From Candidatus Micrarchaeota archaeon (GTDB taxonomy: Archaea; Micrarchaeota; Micrarchaeia; Norongarragalinales; SBBD01): a stretch of DNA of 58,423 nt. Every line of letters begins with the position of its first letter. Positions within the stretch are counted from its first letter, which is position 1. The notes beneath the pieces are model-generated. The model made no database searches and was not told the DNA's origin. It saw nothing but the letters and a program-made list of their open reading frames with translations. Of this stretch, positions 7,572 through 18,269 are shown one piece after another. The translations under genes and the position numbers were made by a program. Where the stretch lies: contig JAZDGU010000046.1 of NCBI GenBank assembly GCA_043806595.1, forward strand, positions 1-58,423, read 5' to 3'.

Positions 7572-8372
7572 ATGAAGGCAAAGGTCATCGGCATCAACGG
7601 AAACGCAGGGAAGGAAATCGACCTGCCCGAGCAGTTCGAGGAACAGCGGCGCGCGGACATCGTCCGCAGGGCTGTGCACGCCGAGCAGACAGCGAGGTTC
7701 CAGCCGAAGGGAGTGTTCCTGATGGCGGGCCTTCAGACAACTGCGGAATACTACGGACGCAGGCACGCATGGAGGCAGACCATTAACACCGGCAGGAGCA
7801 GGGTCCCCCGCGAGAAGATACCCAAGGGGAGGATGGGACGCGTGCTCCGCATCCCGAGCGCGATGAAGGGCCGGAGGGCGCACCCGCCGAAGCCGTGGAA
7901 GCGCCTGCGCGAGAGGATAAACGTCAAGGAGAAGAACTTCGCCATGAGGAGCGCGATCTCGGCCACGGCAAGCGCGGAAGAGGTGAAGGCGCGCGGGCAC
8001 GTGTTCTCAGCGCAGCTTCCCATCATCGTCGACAACTCCATCGAGGGAATCGCGAAATCCAAGGAGGCGCACGCGGTGCTCGAGAAGCTCGGCCTCGGCC
8101 AGGACATGCTGCGCGCACGCGAGAGAAGGCGCATGCGCAGCGGCCGCTCAAGGCTGAGGAAGGGAGGCTACCGCACGCCGAAGACCGTGCTCATCGTGAT
8201 CGGCGAGGACAAGGGGATCTGGAGGGCTGCGCGCAACATCCCCGGCGTCGACGTGGCCAAGGTCGGCGACCTTACCGCCGAACTCCTCGCGCCCGGGGGC
8301 AACATGGGCAGGCTCACGGTCTGGACCGAGTCCTCGATCGACCGCCTGCAGAAGGACGCGCTGTTCAAGTGA
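7572..8372 (+). CDS. rpl4: 50S ribosomal protein uL4
   Basis: GRRAHPPK, AARNIPGVDV, LLAPGG..GRLTVWT; alternative start at 7563. Confidence 0.97.
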   Translation: MKAKVIGINGNAGKEIDLPEQFEEQRRADIVRRAVHAEQTARFQPKGVFLMAGLQTTAEYYGRRHAWRQTINTGRSRVPREKIPKGRMGRVLRIPSAMKGRRAHPPKPWKRLRERINVKEKNFAMRSAISATASAEEVKARGHVFSAQLPIIVDNSIEGIAKSKEAHAVLEKLGLGQDMLRARERRRMRSGRSRLRKGGYRTPKTVLIVIGEDKGIWRAARNIPGVDVAKVGDLTAELLAPGGNMGRLTVWTESSIDRLQKDALFK

Positions 8373-8377
8373 TAAAA

Positions 8378-8626
8378 ATGGCTTTGCTCTACCCGCTGAC
8401 GACCGAACGCTCCTCCTCGCTCATCGAGCGCGAGAACAAGATAACGTTCATCGTGGCGGAGAAGGACACGAAGGCCGCGATCAGGTCCGAGGTCGAGAAG
8501 GCGTACGGCGAGAAGGTCGCCAGCGTCAACACGATAAACCTTTTCGACGGCAGGAAGAAGGCGGTGGTCAAGTTCGTCAAGAAGGGCGCGGCCGCCGACG
8601 TGGCGGCAAAGCTCAAGCTGGTGTAG
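8378..8626 (+). CDS. rpl23: 50S ribosomal protein uL23
   Basis: YPLTTE..ENKITFIV..VNT..GRKKAVVK. Confidence 0.97.
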   Translation: MALLYPLTTERSSSLIERENKITFIVAEKDTKAAIRSEVEKAYGEKVASVNTINLFDGRKKAVVKFVKKGAAADVAAKLKLV

Positions 8627-8635
8627 TGATAACCG

Positions 8636-9373
8636 ATGGGAACGCACGTAATCGTACAGAAGCGCGGGAAGGGCGGGCCTTCGTACCGGACGCCCAAGCA
8701 CAGGTTCATCTCCCCCGCGAAATACCCCCAGTACAAGGGCGAGATTTTCGGGGAGGTGACGGGCTTCGCGCAGGACCCCTCCAAGGACGTGCTGCTCGCC
8801 GAAGTCCTGCTCTCCGACGACAGGCCGGTGCACCTGCTTGCCGCCGAAGGCCTCAAGGTCGGCGACGTAATCCACCTCGGCGGCAGGACTCCGCTTTGTA
8901 CCGGAAGCATATGCTTCCTTGAATTCGTGCCCGAGGGGATTTCCGTCTTCAACGTCGAATCCAGGCCGTTCGACGGCGGCAAGTTCGCCAGGGCGAGCGG
9001 AGCCTTCGCCACCGTCGTCGGGAGGGACGAGGACTCGGGGGAAGTGAACGTGCAGCTGGCATCAAAGAGGGTAATCAGGCTTGAGAAGTCATGCCGCGCG
9101 ACCGTCGGCATCGCAAGCGGAGGCGGCAGGCTCGAAAAGCCCCTCAAGAAGGCCGGGGCAGGCAAGATGAAGGCCGAGGCGCGCAACAAGCGCTGGCCAA
9201 CAAGCCGCGGGACCGCCATGAGCGCATACGACCACCCGCACGGCGGCAAGAGCTTCGGCAAGTCCAGCTGCGTCTCCAGGAACGCGCCGCCTGGACAGAA
9301 GGTGGGCCATATCGCCGCCAGCAGGACGGGAAGGCGGCGCGGCAAGGTCGTCACGGTGAAGGGTGAGAAATAA
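8636..9373 (+). CDS. rpl2: 50S ribosomal protein uL2
   Basis: DGGKFARASG, WPTSRGTAM..DHPHGG, PPGQKVGHIAASRTG. Confidence 0.98.
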   Translation: MGTHVIVQKRGKGGPSYRTPKHRFISPAKYPQYKGEIFGEVTGFAQDPSKDVLLAEVLLSDDRPVHLLAAEGLKVGDVIHLGGRTPLCTGSICFLEFVPEGISVFNVESRPFDGGKFARASGAFATVVGRDEDSGEVNVQLASKRVIRLEKSCRATVGIASGGGRLEKPLKKAGAGKMKAEARNKRWPTSRGTAMSAYDHPHGGKSFGKSSCVSRNAPPGQKVGHIAASRTGRRRGKVVTVKGEK

Positions 9374-9756
9374 TGGCCAAGAAATTCTCCTACCGCGGAC
9401 TGAGCATCGAGGAACTCAAGGCCATGCCCCTCGACAAGTTCGCGCTGCTGCTGCCCTCCAAGCTGCGCAGGACGATTAGGAGGATGAACTACAGGATGAA
9501 GGGGTTCATCGAGAAGCTGAGGAAGACGGACACCAAGAAGACCATGAAGACGCACCTCCGCGAGATGATAGTCATTCCGGAGATGGTCGACCGCAGGTTT
9601 CAGGTCTATAACGGGAAGGACTGGGTTAACGTGGTTGTGACGCCGCTCATGCTGGGCAAGCGCCTCGGCGAGCTGAGCATCACGACCAAGCTGGTCAAGC
9701 ACTCCGGGCCCGGAATCGGGGCCACGAGGGGAAGCAAGAGCGTCGAGCTCAAATAA
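9373..9756 (+). CDS. rps19: 30S ribosomal protein uS19
   Basis: KTHLREMIVIPEMV, VKHSGPGIGATRGS. Confidence 0.98.
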   Translation: MAKKFSYRGLSIEELKAMPLDKFALLLPSKLRRTIRRMNYRMKGFIEKLRKTDTKKTMKTHLREMIVIPEMVDRRFQVYNGKDWVNVVVTPLMLGKRLGELSITTKLVKHSGPGIGATRGSKSVELK

Positions 9757-9772
9757 AAAGGGACATTTGCCC

Positions 9773-10324
9773 ATGGGACTCTACAAGTATTCGATGAAGG
9801 CCGCGGACGAGCGCGAGTTCGCGCGCGCGCAGGCGTACGACCTCAACTGCTCGTACAAGGACCTGAGCCAGGTGCTCGCCGCGCTCAAGGGGAAGACCGT
9901 GGCGCAGGCGCGCAAGGTCTTAGACGAGTGCATCTCGCTGAAGATGCCCATCGCCTTCCACAAGTTCCACACGGGCATGGGGCACCGGAGCCAGCTCGGC
10001 GGCCGCAAGGGCAAGTTCCCCAAGAAGGAGGCGAAGATCGCCCTCGCACTGCTGAAGAACGCCGAGTCGAACGCGGACTTCAAGGGCCTCGACGCCGGCA
10101 GCCTCGTTGTGGTCCAGGCCGCCTCGTTCAAGCAGAACGTCATGCCCCGGTACAGGCGCACGTTCGCGACGCCGGTCGTGCTCGGATACGGCAAGCAGGC
10201 CATCTGGGCGAACTACGTGACCGCAAGGGCGGAAATAGTGCTCGGCAAGCCCCCGGAGAGAAAGCGCGGGGCCAATGGAAAGAATCGCAAGGCTGGAGTC
10301 AAACAAGTGAAGAAGCAGGGGTAA
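9773..10324 (+). CDS. rpl22: 50S ribosomal protein uL22
   Basis: GKFPKKEA..LLKNAESNADFKGLD; operon position. Confidence 0.95.
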   Translation: MGLYKYSMKAADEREFARAQAYDLNCSYKDLSQVLAALKGKTVAQARKVLDECISLKMPIAFHKFHTGMGHRSQLGGRKGKFPKKEAKIALALLKNAESNADFKGLDAGSLVVVQAASFKQNVMPRYRRTFATPVVLGYGKQAIWANYVTARAEIVLGKPPERKRGANGKNRKAGVKQVKKQG

Positions 10325-10328
10325 TGCA

Positions 10329-11204
10329 ATGGCCGTCGAAAAGAAATTCTTGCACAAGTTGATAAACGAGCAGATCGTCAAGGACTACCTCGGGAAGGAG
10401 CTCAGCGGGGCGGGCGTGTCCACGATAACCATACAGAAGACGCCGCTCGCGACGCGCGTCGCCATCCGCGTCCGCAGGCCGAGCGTGGTCATCGGGAAGA
10501 GGGGCTCGAACGTGAAGGCAGTCAGCGAGGAACTGACGAGGCGCTTCGGAATCGAAAACCCCCAGCTGGACGTCATCGAGGTCGAGAAGCCCGAACTGGA
10601 CGCAAAGCTCGTTGCCCAGAGGATATCCCGCCAGATAGAGATTGAGGGCAACGTGAAGCAGACCATGCGCTTCAACATGAACGACGTGATGAACGCCGGC
10701 GCTCTCGGATGCGAGCTCAGGGTCGCGGGCAAGGTCGTCGGAAAAGGCGGCAAGTCCAAGTCCATCCGAATGCGCAAGGGCTACCTGAAGAAGAGCGGCG
10801 ACGTCATGAAGCTCGTCGACAAAGCCTACGCCACAGCATACCTCAAGGCCGGCGCCATCGGGATCCTCGTGAAAATCGTGCCCCCGGGGACAATTTTCCC
10901 GGACGCGGCGAAAATCGACGAGGAACAGCTGGACGCGATACTGGCAATTGCCGACCAGGAAGCCGGCCTGCTCCCCCCGGCGGAAACAGTAGAGGCCCCT
11001 GAAAAGCCCGGAGAGGCCGCAAAGGAATCGGAGGAGGCCGGTAGGAAGCTCGAGCAGAAGATCGAGAAAGCCAAGGCCGAGGCCGCAGCCAAGCTCAGGA
11101 ATCCGGTTGCGCGCAGGAAGACTCCGGCAGTCAAACCCGAAGTTCTGATCGAAGGCAAACCGCCAGAAAAGAAGGAAGAAGAGCCGGCGGCCAAGGGAGG
11201 ATAG
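10329..11204 (+). CDS. rps3: 30S ribosomal protein uS3 with long charged C-terminal tail
   Basis: KH domain RPSVVIGKRG, GALGCE..GK, GYLKKSG. Confidence 0.97.
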   Translation: MAVEKKFLHKLINEQIVKDYLGKELSGAGVSTITIQKTPLATRVAIRVRRPSVVIGKRGSNVKAVSEELTRRFGIENPQLDVIEVEKPELDAKLVAQRISRQIEIEGNVKQTMRFNMNDVMNAGALGCELRVAGKVVGKGGKSKSIRMRKGYLKKSGDVMKLVDKAYATAYLKAGAIGILVKIVPPGTIFPDAAKIDEEQLDAILAIADQEAGLLPPAETVEAPEKPGEAAKESEEAGRKLEQKIEKAKAEAAAKLRNPVARRKTPAVKPEVLIEGKPPEKKEEEPAAKGG

Positions 11205-11206
11205 CA

Positions 11207-11419
11207 ATGGCAGTCGTTCGAAAATCGGATCTGAAGGCGATGGACGCCGAGACGCTGAAGGCAAAACTCGCCGAGATAGAGAACGGCATCTCCGCCGAAT
11301 ACGCGACGCTAAAGGGCGCGACAAGGGGCAAGAGCATCCGCTTCCGCGAGCTCCGCAGGGCAAGGGCCCGCATCCTGACCTACATGGGCCAGCGCAAGGG
11401 GAAGGCGGCATCAAACTAA
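11207..11419 (+). CDS. rpl29: 50S ribosomal protein uL29
   Basis: RELRRARARILT; operon position. Confidence 0.9.
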   Translation: MAVVRKSDLKAMDAETLKAKLAEIENGISAEYATLKGATRGKSIRFRELRRARARILTYMGQRKGKAASN

Positions 11420-11477
11420 ACTCTTTTAAAGCATGGGCGGCGCAATAAATCCAGTAACAAAAGAGGTTCTCTCATAA

Positions 11478-11783
11478 GTGCCTGAAATCTGCCCTAATTG
11501 CGGTCTGCCTAAGGACATCTGTGCCTGCCAGACCATCGAAAAGGAAACGGTCTCCCACCTCAAGGTATACACCACCAAGGCCCGCTTCAACAAGCTTGTC
11601 ACCATAGTGGAGGGGCTCGAGGGCGACGAGCTCGTCACCGCGGCCAAGGAGCTAAAGCGGAAGCTCGCCTGCGGCGGAAGCTCGAAGAACGGCGTCGTGG
11701 TCCTGCAGGGCAACCACAAGGGAAGGGCGGTCGAATACCTGATGGAGCTCGGCTACAAGAAAGAAGCCATCAAGATTGGCTGA
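11478..11783 (+). CDS. Translation initiation factor aIF1 (SUI1)
   Basis: ICPNCGLPKDICAC, LKRKLACGGS..LQGNH. Confidence 0.96.
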   Translation: MPEICPNCGLPKDICACQTIEKETVSHLKVYTTKARFNKLVTIVEGLEGDELVTAAKELKRKLACGGSSKNGVVVLQGNHKGRAVEYLMELGYKKEAIKIG

Positions 11784-11823
11784 ATTGGCCGTCAGCTATA
11801 TTTTCGGATGTTTAACCAACATT

Positions 11824-12933
11824 TCAAGACTGCGGGCCAACGAATGCCTTCCATGCGCCTGCCGAACCGCATTCCAGCCGGATTTTCCTGCCGAACCGCT
11901 TCTCCAGCGCGGCCGCGGCCTCCTTTTCCGGCATCTTCCGCTTGAGCAGCGCATTGGCCTCGGCGATGATTTCGTCGTAAAGCGCGGAATTCCGGTAGAT
12001 TTCGTCGCCCGAGGACTTCGCGCTGACGGACTCCTCCTCCAATGACGCGACGGCGGCATTCTGTTGGGAGAGCACCGCCGAAAGCTTCTCCATGCCACGG
12101 TCTTTTTCGGGCTCGGGCAGGGCGTTGGCGTAGAATTCGTCGAGGGCCTCGGAGAAGGAAGGATAGCGGTGCATTTCAAGGCCGGAACCTCTCAGTTTCT
12201 CCAAGGGAAAAGGGGAGAAGCCCGAGACCCTGCCGTTCGCGGAATAAACCGATGGATCGGGTTTTTCCAAGGTCAATGATTTGAGCTCGTCGAGCAGGCG
12301 GCGGACATCGGCATCGGAAAGCCCTTCGAACGGGGCGTCCAGCGGGATTCCGGCGCGCGCGCACGCCTCCTCGAGGTAGAAGGGCGGCAGGTTGACAACC
12401 TTGGAAAGCACGGAAACGGCCTTGCCCTTGAGGCCTGCAAGGTCGGCTGCGGCGACTTCGGAAGAGTGTTTCTTGGGGTTCGGCGGCGGGGAATAGAGTT
12501 CGCCCTGGCGGAGCTTGCGCGAGGAGAATATCTCGGGGTTGTAAACCTTGAGGATATGCCCGTTCTCGTCGCAGAGCACGGTATTGCCGCGGGCGAACAT
12601 CTCGAATACAAGGGAATACTTCCGCTTCTTTTCGAAGTCGATTGCGACTATCCTGTCGAAGTTGAGCTGTCGGACGCCGACGACTTTGGCGTTCTCAAGC
12701 CCGGAGCGGAGGAAGGCGGCGAAGACGGAGGGTTCGCCCGCGGATTCCTCGATGTACTTCGTGGGATGCATCCTGACTCCGAGCTCCGCCAGCAGGTTTA
12801 CCTCGCCGTCGCGGTGGAACTTCAGGCGGATGACACCCTGCCGGGGCTCGTAGGCCTTGTTCAGGTAGCCGCCCTTGAGTTTCTGCATCTCCTCAACCGC
12901 AAAGTAATAGTCGAGGTTGGACATCTTCTGCAT
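11824..12933 (-). CDS. RqcH/Rqc2 (NFACT) N-terminal half only
   Basis: QLNFDRIV..LVFEMFARGNTVLCD, Y.PPP, HhH region, SFSEALDEFY; no NFACT-R domain. Confidence 0.85.
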   Translation of the reverse strand: MQKMSNLDYYFAVEEMQKLKGGYLNKAYEPRQGVIRLKFHRDGEVNLLAELGVRMHPTKYIEESAGEPSVFAAFLRSGLENAKVVGVRQLNFDRIVAIDFEKKRKYSLVFEMFARGNTVLCDENGHILKVYNPEIFSSRKLRQGELYSPPPNPKKHSSEVAAADLAGLKGKAVSVLSKVVNLPPFYLEEACARAGIPLDAPFEGLSDADVRRLLDELKSLTLEKPDPSVYSANGRVSGFSPFPLEKLRGSGLEMHRYPSFSEALDEFYANALPEPEKDRGMEKLSAVLSQQNAAVASLEEESVSAKSSGDEIYRNSALYDEIIAEANALLKRKMPEKEAAAALEKRFGRKIRLECGSAGAWKAFVGPQS

Positions 12934-13168
12934 GGCAAGCACTCAAAAGACTTTCCTCATACCCGCGTTAAAAGCCTGACGGTGGCGGGAGAGGCTTAAA
13001 CACAACCTTTTTCAGCCTGAATAATGGTAAAACAATAAGAACTTATTAGACCCGACAGAAGCAGGTTTTAAAAAACGCCCGGAACTAGTCTAATACGAGA
13101 GAGAGAAGCCCAACTACGGTTCATTGTGACCCGAATGCGGGAAACCGTTATTTGAGGCAATCGGAAAC

Positions 13169-13885
13169 ATGGCAAAGCAGAACGACATCGTGCTCAAGCT
13201 GTCTAATATCAGCAAGGTCTACCAGATGGGCGACAGCACGGTCAACGCCCTCAAGGACATCGACTTGGAAATCAAACGCGGCGAGTCCGTGGTCATCATG
13301 GGGCCTTCGGGCAGCGGCAAGAGCACGATGCTGCACATCCTCGGATGCCTGGACAAGCCTTCCGAGGGCGAGATGTATCTGGACGGCGTCAAAATAACCA
13401 AGGAGGACGACGGGTACGACCTTGCCGAGGTCCGGAACAAGAAGATCGGGTTCGTCTTCCAGTTCTTCTTCCTCATATCAACGCTTTCCGTGGTCGAGAA
13501 CGTGGAGCTGCCGATGATATTCAACGGGATGTCGAGCGGGGAGAGGCGCAAGAGGGCGGTGCAGCTGCTCAACCGGGTGGGTTTGGGCGACCGGCTCAAC
13601 CACAGGCCGTCCCAGCTCAGCGGCGGGCAGAGGCAGAGGGTGGCCGTCGCGAGGGCGCTCGCGAACAATCCCGCGATAATCCTTGCGGACGAGCCGACCG
13701 GCAACCTGGACTCGAAGACGGGCCTGGAAATAATGGAGCTGTTCGAGGAGCTCCACAAGAAGGAGGGAAGGACCATAGTCACGGTTACGCACGATTCCTC
13801 GCTGGTAAAGCACGCCGAGAAGGTCATCAGGCTGAGGGACGGGAAAATAGAGAAAATCGAAACTGTAAGGAAACGGGTGAGATGA
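13169..13885 (+). CDS. ABC transporter ATP-binding protein (LolD/MacB-like)
   Basis: GPSGSGKST, LSGGQRQRVA, ILADEPTGNLD. Confidence 0.97.
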   Translation: MAKQNDIVLKLSNISKVYQMGDSTVNALKDIDLEIKRGESVVIMGPSGSGKSTMLHILGCLDKPSEGEMYLDGVKITKEDDGYDLAEVRNKKIGFVFQFFFLISTLSVVENVELPMIFNGMSSGERRKRAVQLLNRVGLGDRLNHRPSQLSGGQRQRVAVARALANNPAIILADEPTGNLDSKTGLEIMELFEELHKKEGRTIVTVTHDSSLVKHAEKVIRLRDGKIEKIETVRKRVR

Positions 13886-15426
13886 CAATGAAGGCAAACG
13901 GGATGTTCTTGGTAACGGCGCTGCTGCTGTTCGCAGCAGCTGCCAACGCTGCGCCGCAGATACAGAGCTATACCCTTACCCCGGACCGGCTGAAGGCGGG
14001 CATGAGCGGGAGCATCAACATCATATTCTACAACCCGAGCGCGACGGAATACCTCTCGGGCGCCCAGCTGGACGCAAGCTCGTCCCAGCTGATATTCTCG
14101 GGCGGAACATCGCTCGGCGACATCGGCACGCTCGGGACCACAGTATCTTCAGTCGGCTTCAAGGTGAGGGAAGAGGCCACGCCCGGCATCTACACCGTCA
14201 CGCTGACGCTCGCCTATTCGACGAACGCCGGCGCGAGCAGCGGCTACAAGATTTTCTCCATTCCCGTAACCATCTACCCCAACCTCGTAATCCAAGTCAA
14301 GGACTTCCAGGTGAGCAGGGCCGTCATAAGCCCGGGAGACACGTTCGAGGTGACCGGCAAGCTTGTCAGCAGGGGCGGAGAGCTCAGGCACGTCACCCTC
14401 GAGTTTCCAGCGGCGTCAAACTTCACGCTCGAGGACACTAGCAAGATCGACATCGGGACGCTCACCAACAACAGGGAATACCCGATTTCCTTCAGGGTGA
14501 TAGCGCGCGAGACCGCGCCGAGCGGCTACTACAGCATCCCCATGACCTTGACCTACGACGACGCGGTCAGCACCTCCAACTCGGACCAGCTGTCGTTCGG
14601 TCCCATTACCGTGTCCGGCGAGATTTCCCGGATTTCCATAGCCGCCATCGACGCCGTCTTCAACCCCGGGAGCGAGCCGACGCTCAGGCTCGAGCTCCGC
14701 AACAACGGGGACACCACGCTGGAGAACATCAGGATAACCCTCCCCGACAGCTCGGATTTCTTCGTGCCGCTTGACTTCTCGGAAAAGACCATCGACAGCG
14801 TCCTGCCAAAGAGCTCGAAAATCGCGGAGTTCAGGATAGGCGTCAAGACCAACATCGCGCCTCAGGTCTACCAGATCCCTCTCGGGATAAGGTACGAGAG
14901 CAAGACGCTGGGGAGCAAGGAATACACCAAGAACGTCGGGGTGAAGGTGGCGGGCACGCCGAAGCTGACGGTGATCGCTTCAACTTCCCCGGCGCCTATG
15001 AAGACCGGGGCAGGGGAATACACGCTTTCGGTGCAGGTGTCCAACGTCGGCAACGCCGCGGTCAGGGCCGTATCCATTCACGTCGACAGCGGGATAGTGG
15101 AGTTCATAGGAAGCCACGTCGACTACCTCGGCACCCTCAACCTCGACGACTACAGCACGAGCCAGTATTCGGTCGTGGTAAAGCCCGGGACCAAGCCCGG
15201 GACGTACCCTCTGGTCGTGATGGTAAACTACAAGGACGCCTTCAACACCGAATATTCGCAGAGCATCTCCACGGATATCGAGGTGGCCTCGGCGGAACTC
15301 GTGGCGCTATCCTCCACGCCCCAGCCGACTAACCCGCTATACGTGGTCATCGGCCTGGTTGTAGTCGGAGCAGTCCTCTATTGGGGTTACCGGAGGTTCT
15401 TCAGGAAGAAGAAGCACGTGCAGTAG
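13882..15426 (+). CDS. COG1361-like secreted Ig-fold/S-layer-domain protein with C-terminal TM anchor
   Basis: Signal peptide, repeated N.G...PG.Y beta modules, C-terminal TM plus basic tail; typical position between ABC ATPase and permease. Confidence 0.85.
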   Translation: MTMKANGMFLVTALLLFAAAANAAPQIQSYTLTPDRLKAGMSGSINIIFYNPSATEYLSGAQLDASSSQLIFSGGTSLGDIGTLGTTVSSVGFKVREEATPGIYTVTLTLAYSTNAGASSGYKIFSIPVTIYPNLVIQVKDFQVSRAVISPGDTFEVTGKLVSRGGELRHVTLEFPAASNFTLEDTSKIDIGTLTNNREYPISFRVIARETAPSGYYSIPMTLTYDDAVSTSNSDQLSFGPITVSGEISRISIAAIDAVFNPGSEPTLRLELRNNGDTTLENIRITLPDSSDFFVPLDFSEKTIDSVLPKSSKIAEFRIGVKTNIAPQVYQIPLGIRYESKTLGSKEYTKNVGVKVAGTPKLTVIASTSPAPMKTGAGEYTLSVQVSNVGNAAVRAVSIHVDSGIVEFIGSHVDYLGTLNLDDYSTSQYSVVVKPGTKPGTYPLVVMVNYKDAFNTEYSQSISTDIEVASAELVALSSTPQPTNPLYVVIGLVVVGAVLYWGYRRFFRKKKHVQ

Positions 15427-15462
15427 CGCGCCGGCTGGAATGAAATAGCGGTAGGGGGGCAT

Positions 15463-16674
15463 ATGGAACACGGGGACCTGTTAAAATACGCCGTAACCTC
15501 GATGACGCACCGGTCTCTGAGGAGCTGGCTGACCATACTGGGCATAGTCATCGGCATCGGCTCCATAGTCGTACTCATCTCCCTTGCGCAGGGGCTGGAC
15601 ACGAGCATCAAGAGCCAGCTCAGCACGCTCGGCACCAACTACATGTTCATCCTCCCGGGCAACCTGTTCGGCGGCGAGGGCGGGCTGCGGTTCGGCCCGC
15701 CGGTGCTCAAGGGCGTCCTCTACACGAAGGACGCCGACACGATCAGGCGCGTGCCCGGGGTAATCGCGGTTTCCGGCAACGTCGCCGCCCCGTTCGCGGT
15801 CGTCGAATTCAAGGGCGAGAACGTGAGCTCGAGCATCGCGGGGGTCAACCCCGCAGCGTTCGCCAAATACGTCTCCATCGGCTACGAATCCGGGAAATTC
15901 ATTTCCGAGGGCGACTTTACCGGGGTGACCATAGGCAACGATGTCGCGCACAAGCTTTTCAAGAACGACATCAAGGTCGGGGACACCCTCGTGATACTGG
16001 GGAAGAACTTCAGGGTGAAGGGCGTCATCGCGAAGGCGGGCAACACGGGGGGCAACGTCGACAGCGGGATATACGTCGAAGAGCGCGCGCTCCGCCTGCT
16101 GCTTCCCACGTTCGACAAGGACAAGGTGTCGTCGATCCTGGCGGTCACGGAAGAGGGAAGGGACATTACCGTCATCTCGAGCGCGGCCGAGGAGAAGCTC
16201 AGGAACAACCACAAGGTCCGCAAGGGCGACGAGGACTTCACGGTGCTCACCGCGGAATCCATTTCCGAGCAGATAGGCCAGATAACGGGCATACTCTCGC
16301 TCTTCCTCGGCGGCGTGGCGGCCATCTCCCTCGTGGTCGGCGGGATCGGAGTGGCGAACGCCATGTTCACTTCAGTGCTCGAGCGAACGCGCGAAATCGG
16401 GGTGCTCAAGGCCATCGGAGCCTCCGACAACGCGATCCTCGAGATTTTCCTGCTCGAATCCGGGCTGATAGGGCTCATCGGCGGAATTCTCGGCTCGCTT
16501 TTCGGGCTTTCGGTGTCCCTCCTGCTTAACACGTTCGGCGTCCCGAGCGAGATAAGCTGGGAACTCGTCGCCGGCGCGCTGCTGTTCTCCGTGGTCATCG
16601 GCGTCGTCTCCGGGGCGTTCCCGGCGAGGAACGCGAGCAGGCTGGTGCCCGTCGACGCCCTCCGCTACGAATAA
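15463..16674 (+). CDS. ABC transporter permease (MacB/FtsX family)
   Basis: RSWLTILGIVIGI, SVLERTREIGVLKAIGA, PVDALRYE. Confidence 0.96.
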   Translation: MEHGDLLKYAVTSMTHRSLRSWLTILGIVIGIGSIVVLISLAQGLDTSIKSQLSTLGTNYMFILPGNLFGGEGGLRFGPPVLKGVLYTKDADTIRRVPGVIAVSGNVAAPFAVVEFKGENVSSSIAGVNPAAFAKYVSIGYESGKFISEGDFTGVTIGNDVAHKLFKNDIKVGDTLVILGKNFRVKGVIAKAGNTGGNVDSGIYVEERALRLLLPTFDKDKVSSILAVTEEGRDITVISSAAEEKLRNNHKVRKGDEDFTVLTAESISEQIGQITGILSLFLGGVAAISLVVGGIGVANAMFTSVLERTREIGVLKAIGASDNAILEIFLLESGLIGLIGGILGSLFGLSVSLLLNTFGVPSEISWELVAGALLFSVVIGVVSGAFPARNASRLVPVDALRYE

Positions 16675-16707
16675 AAACGCCTCTCTCCGATATACGTGGG
16701 ATTGGTT

Positions 16708-18225
<1,518 letters not shown>

Positions 18226-18269
18226 AGCCACAACACCTCTCCCCAAGGGCTGCGGGTTTCCCCCATGGC

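Noticed and set aside
13345-13881. N-terminal 179 aa of the 693-aa ORF (and similar extensions on rpl23, the decarboxylase and ORFs overlapping tRNAs)
   Set aside because: Out-of-frame overlap with upstream genes or tRNAs; true starts are downstream, at the signal peptide or homology start
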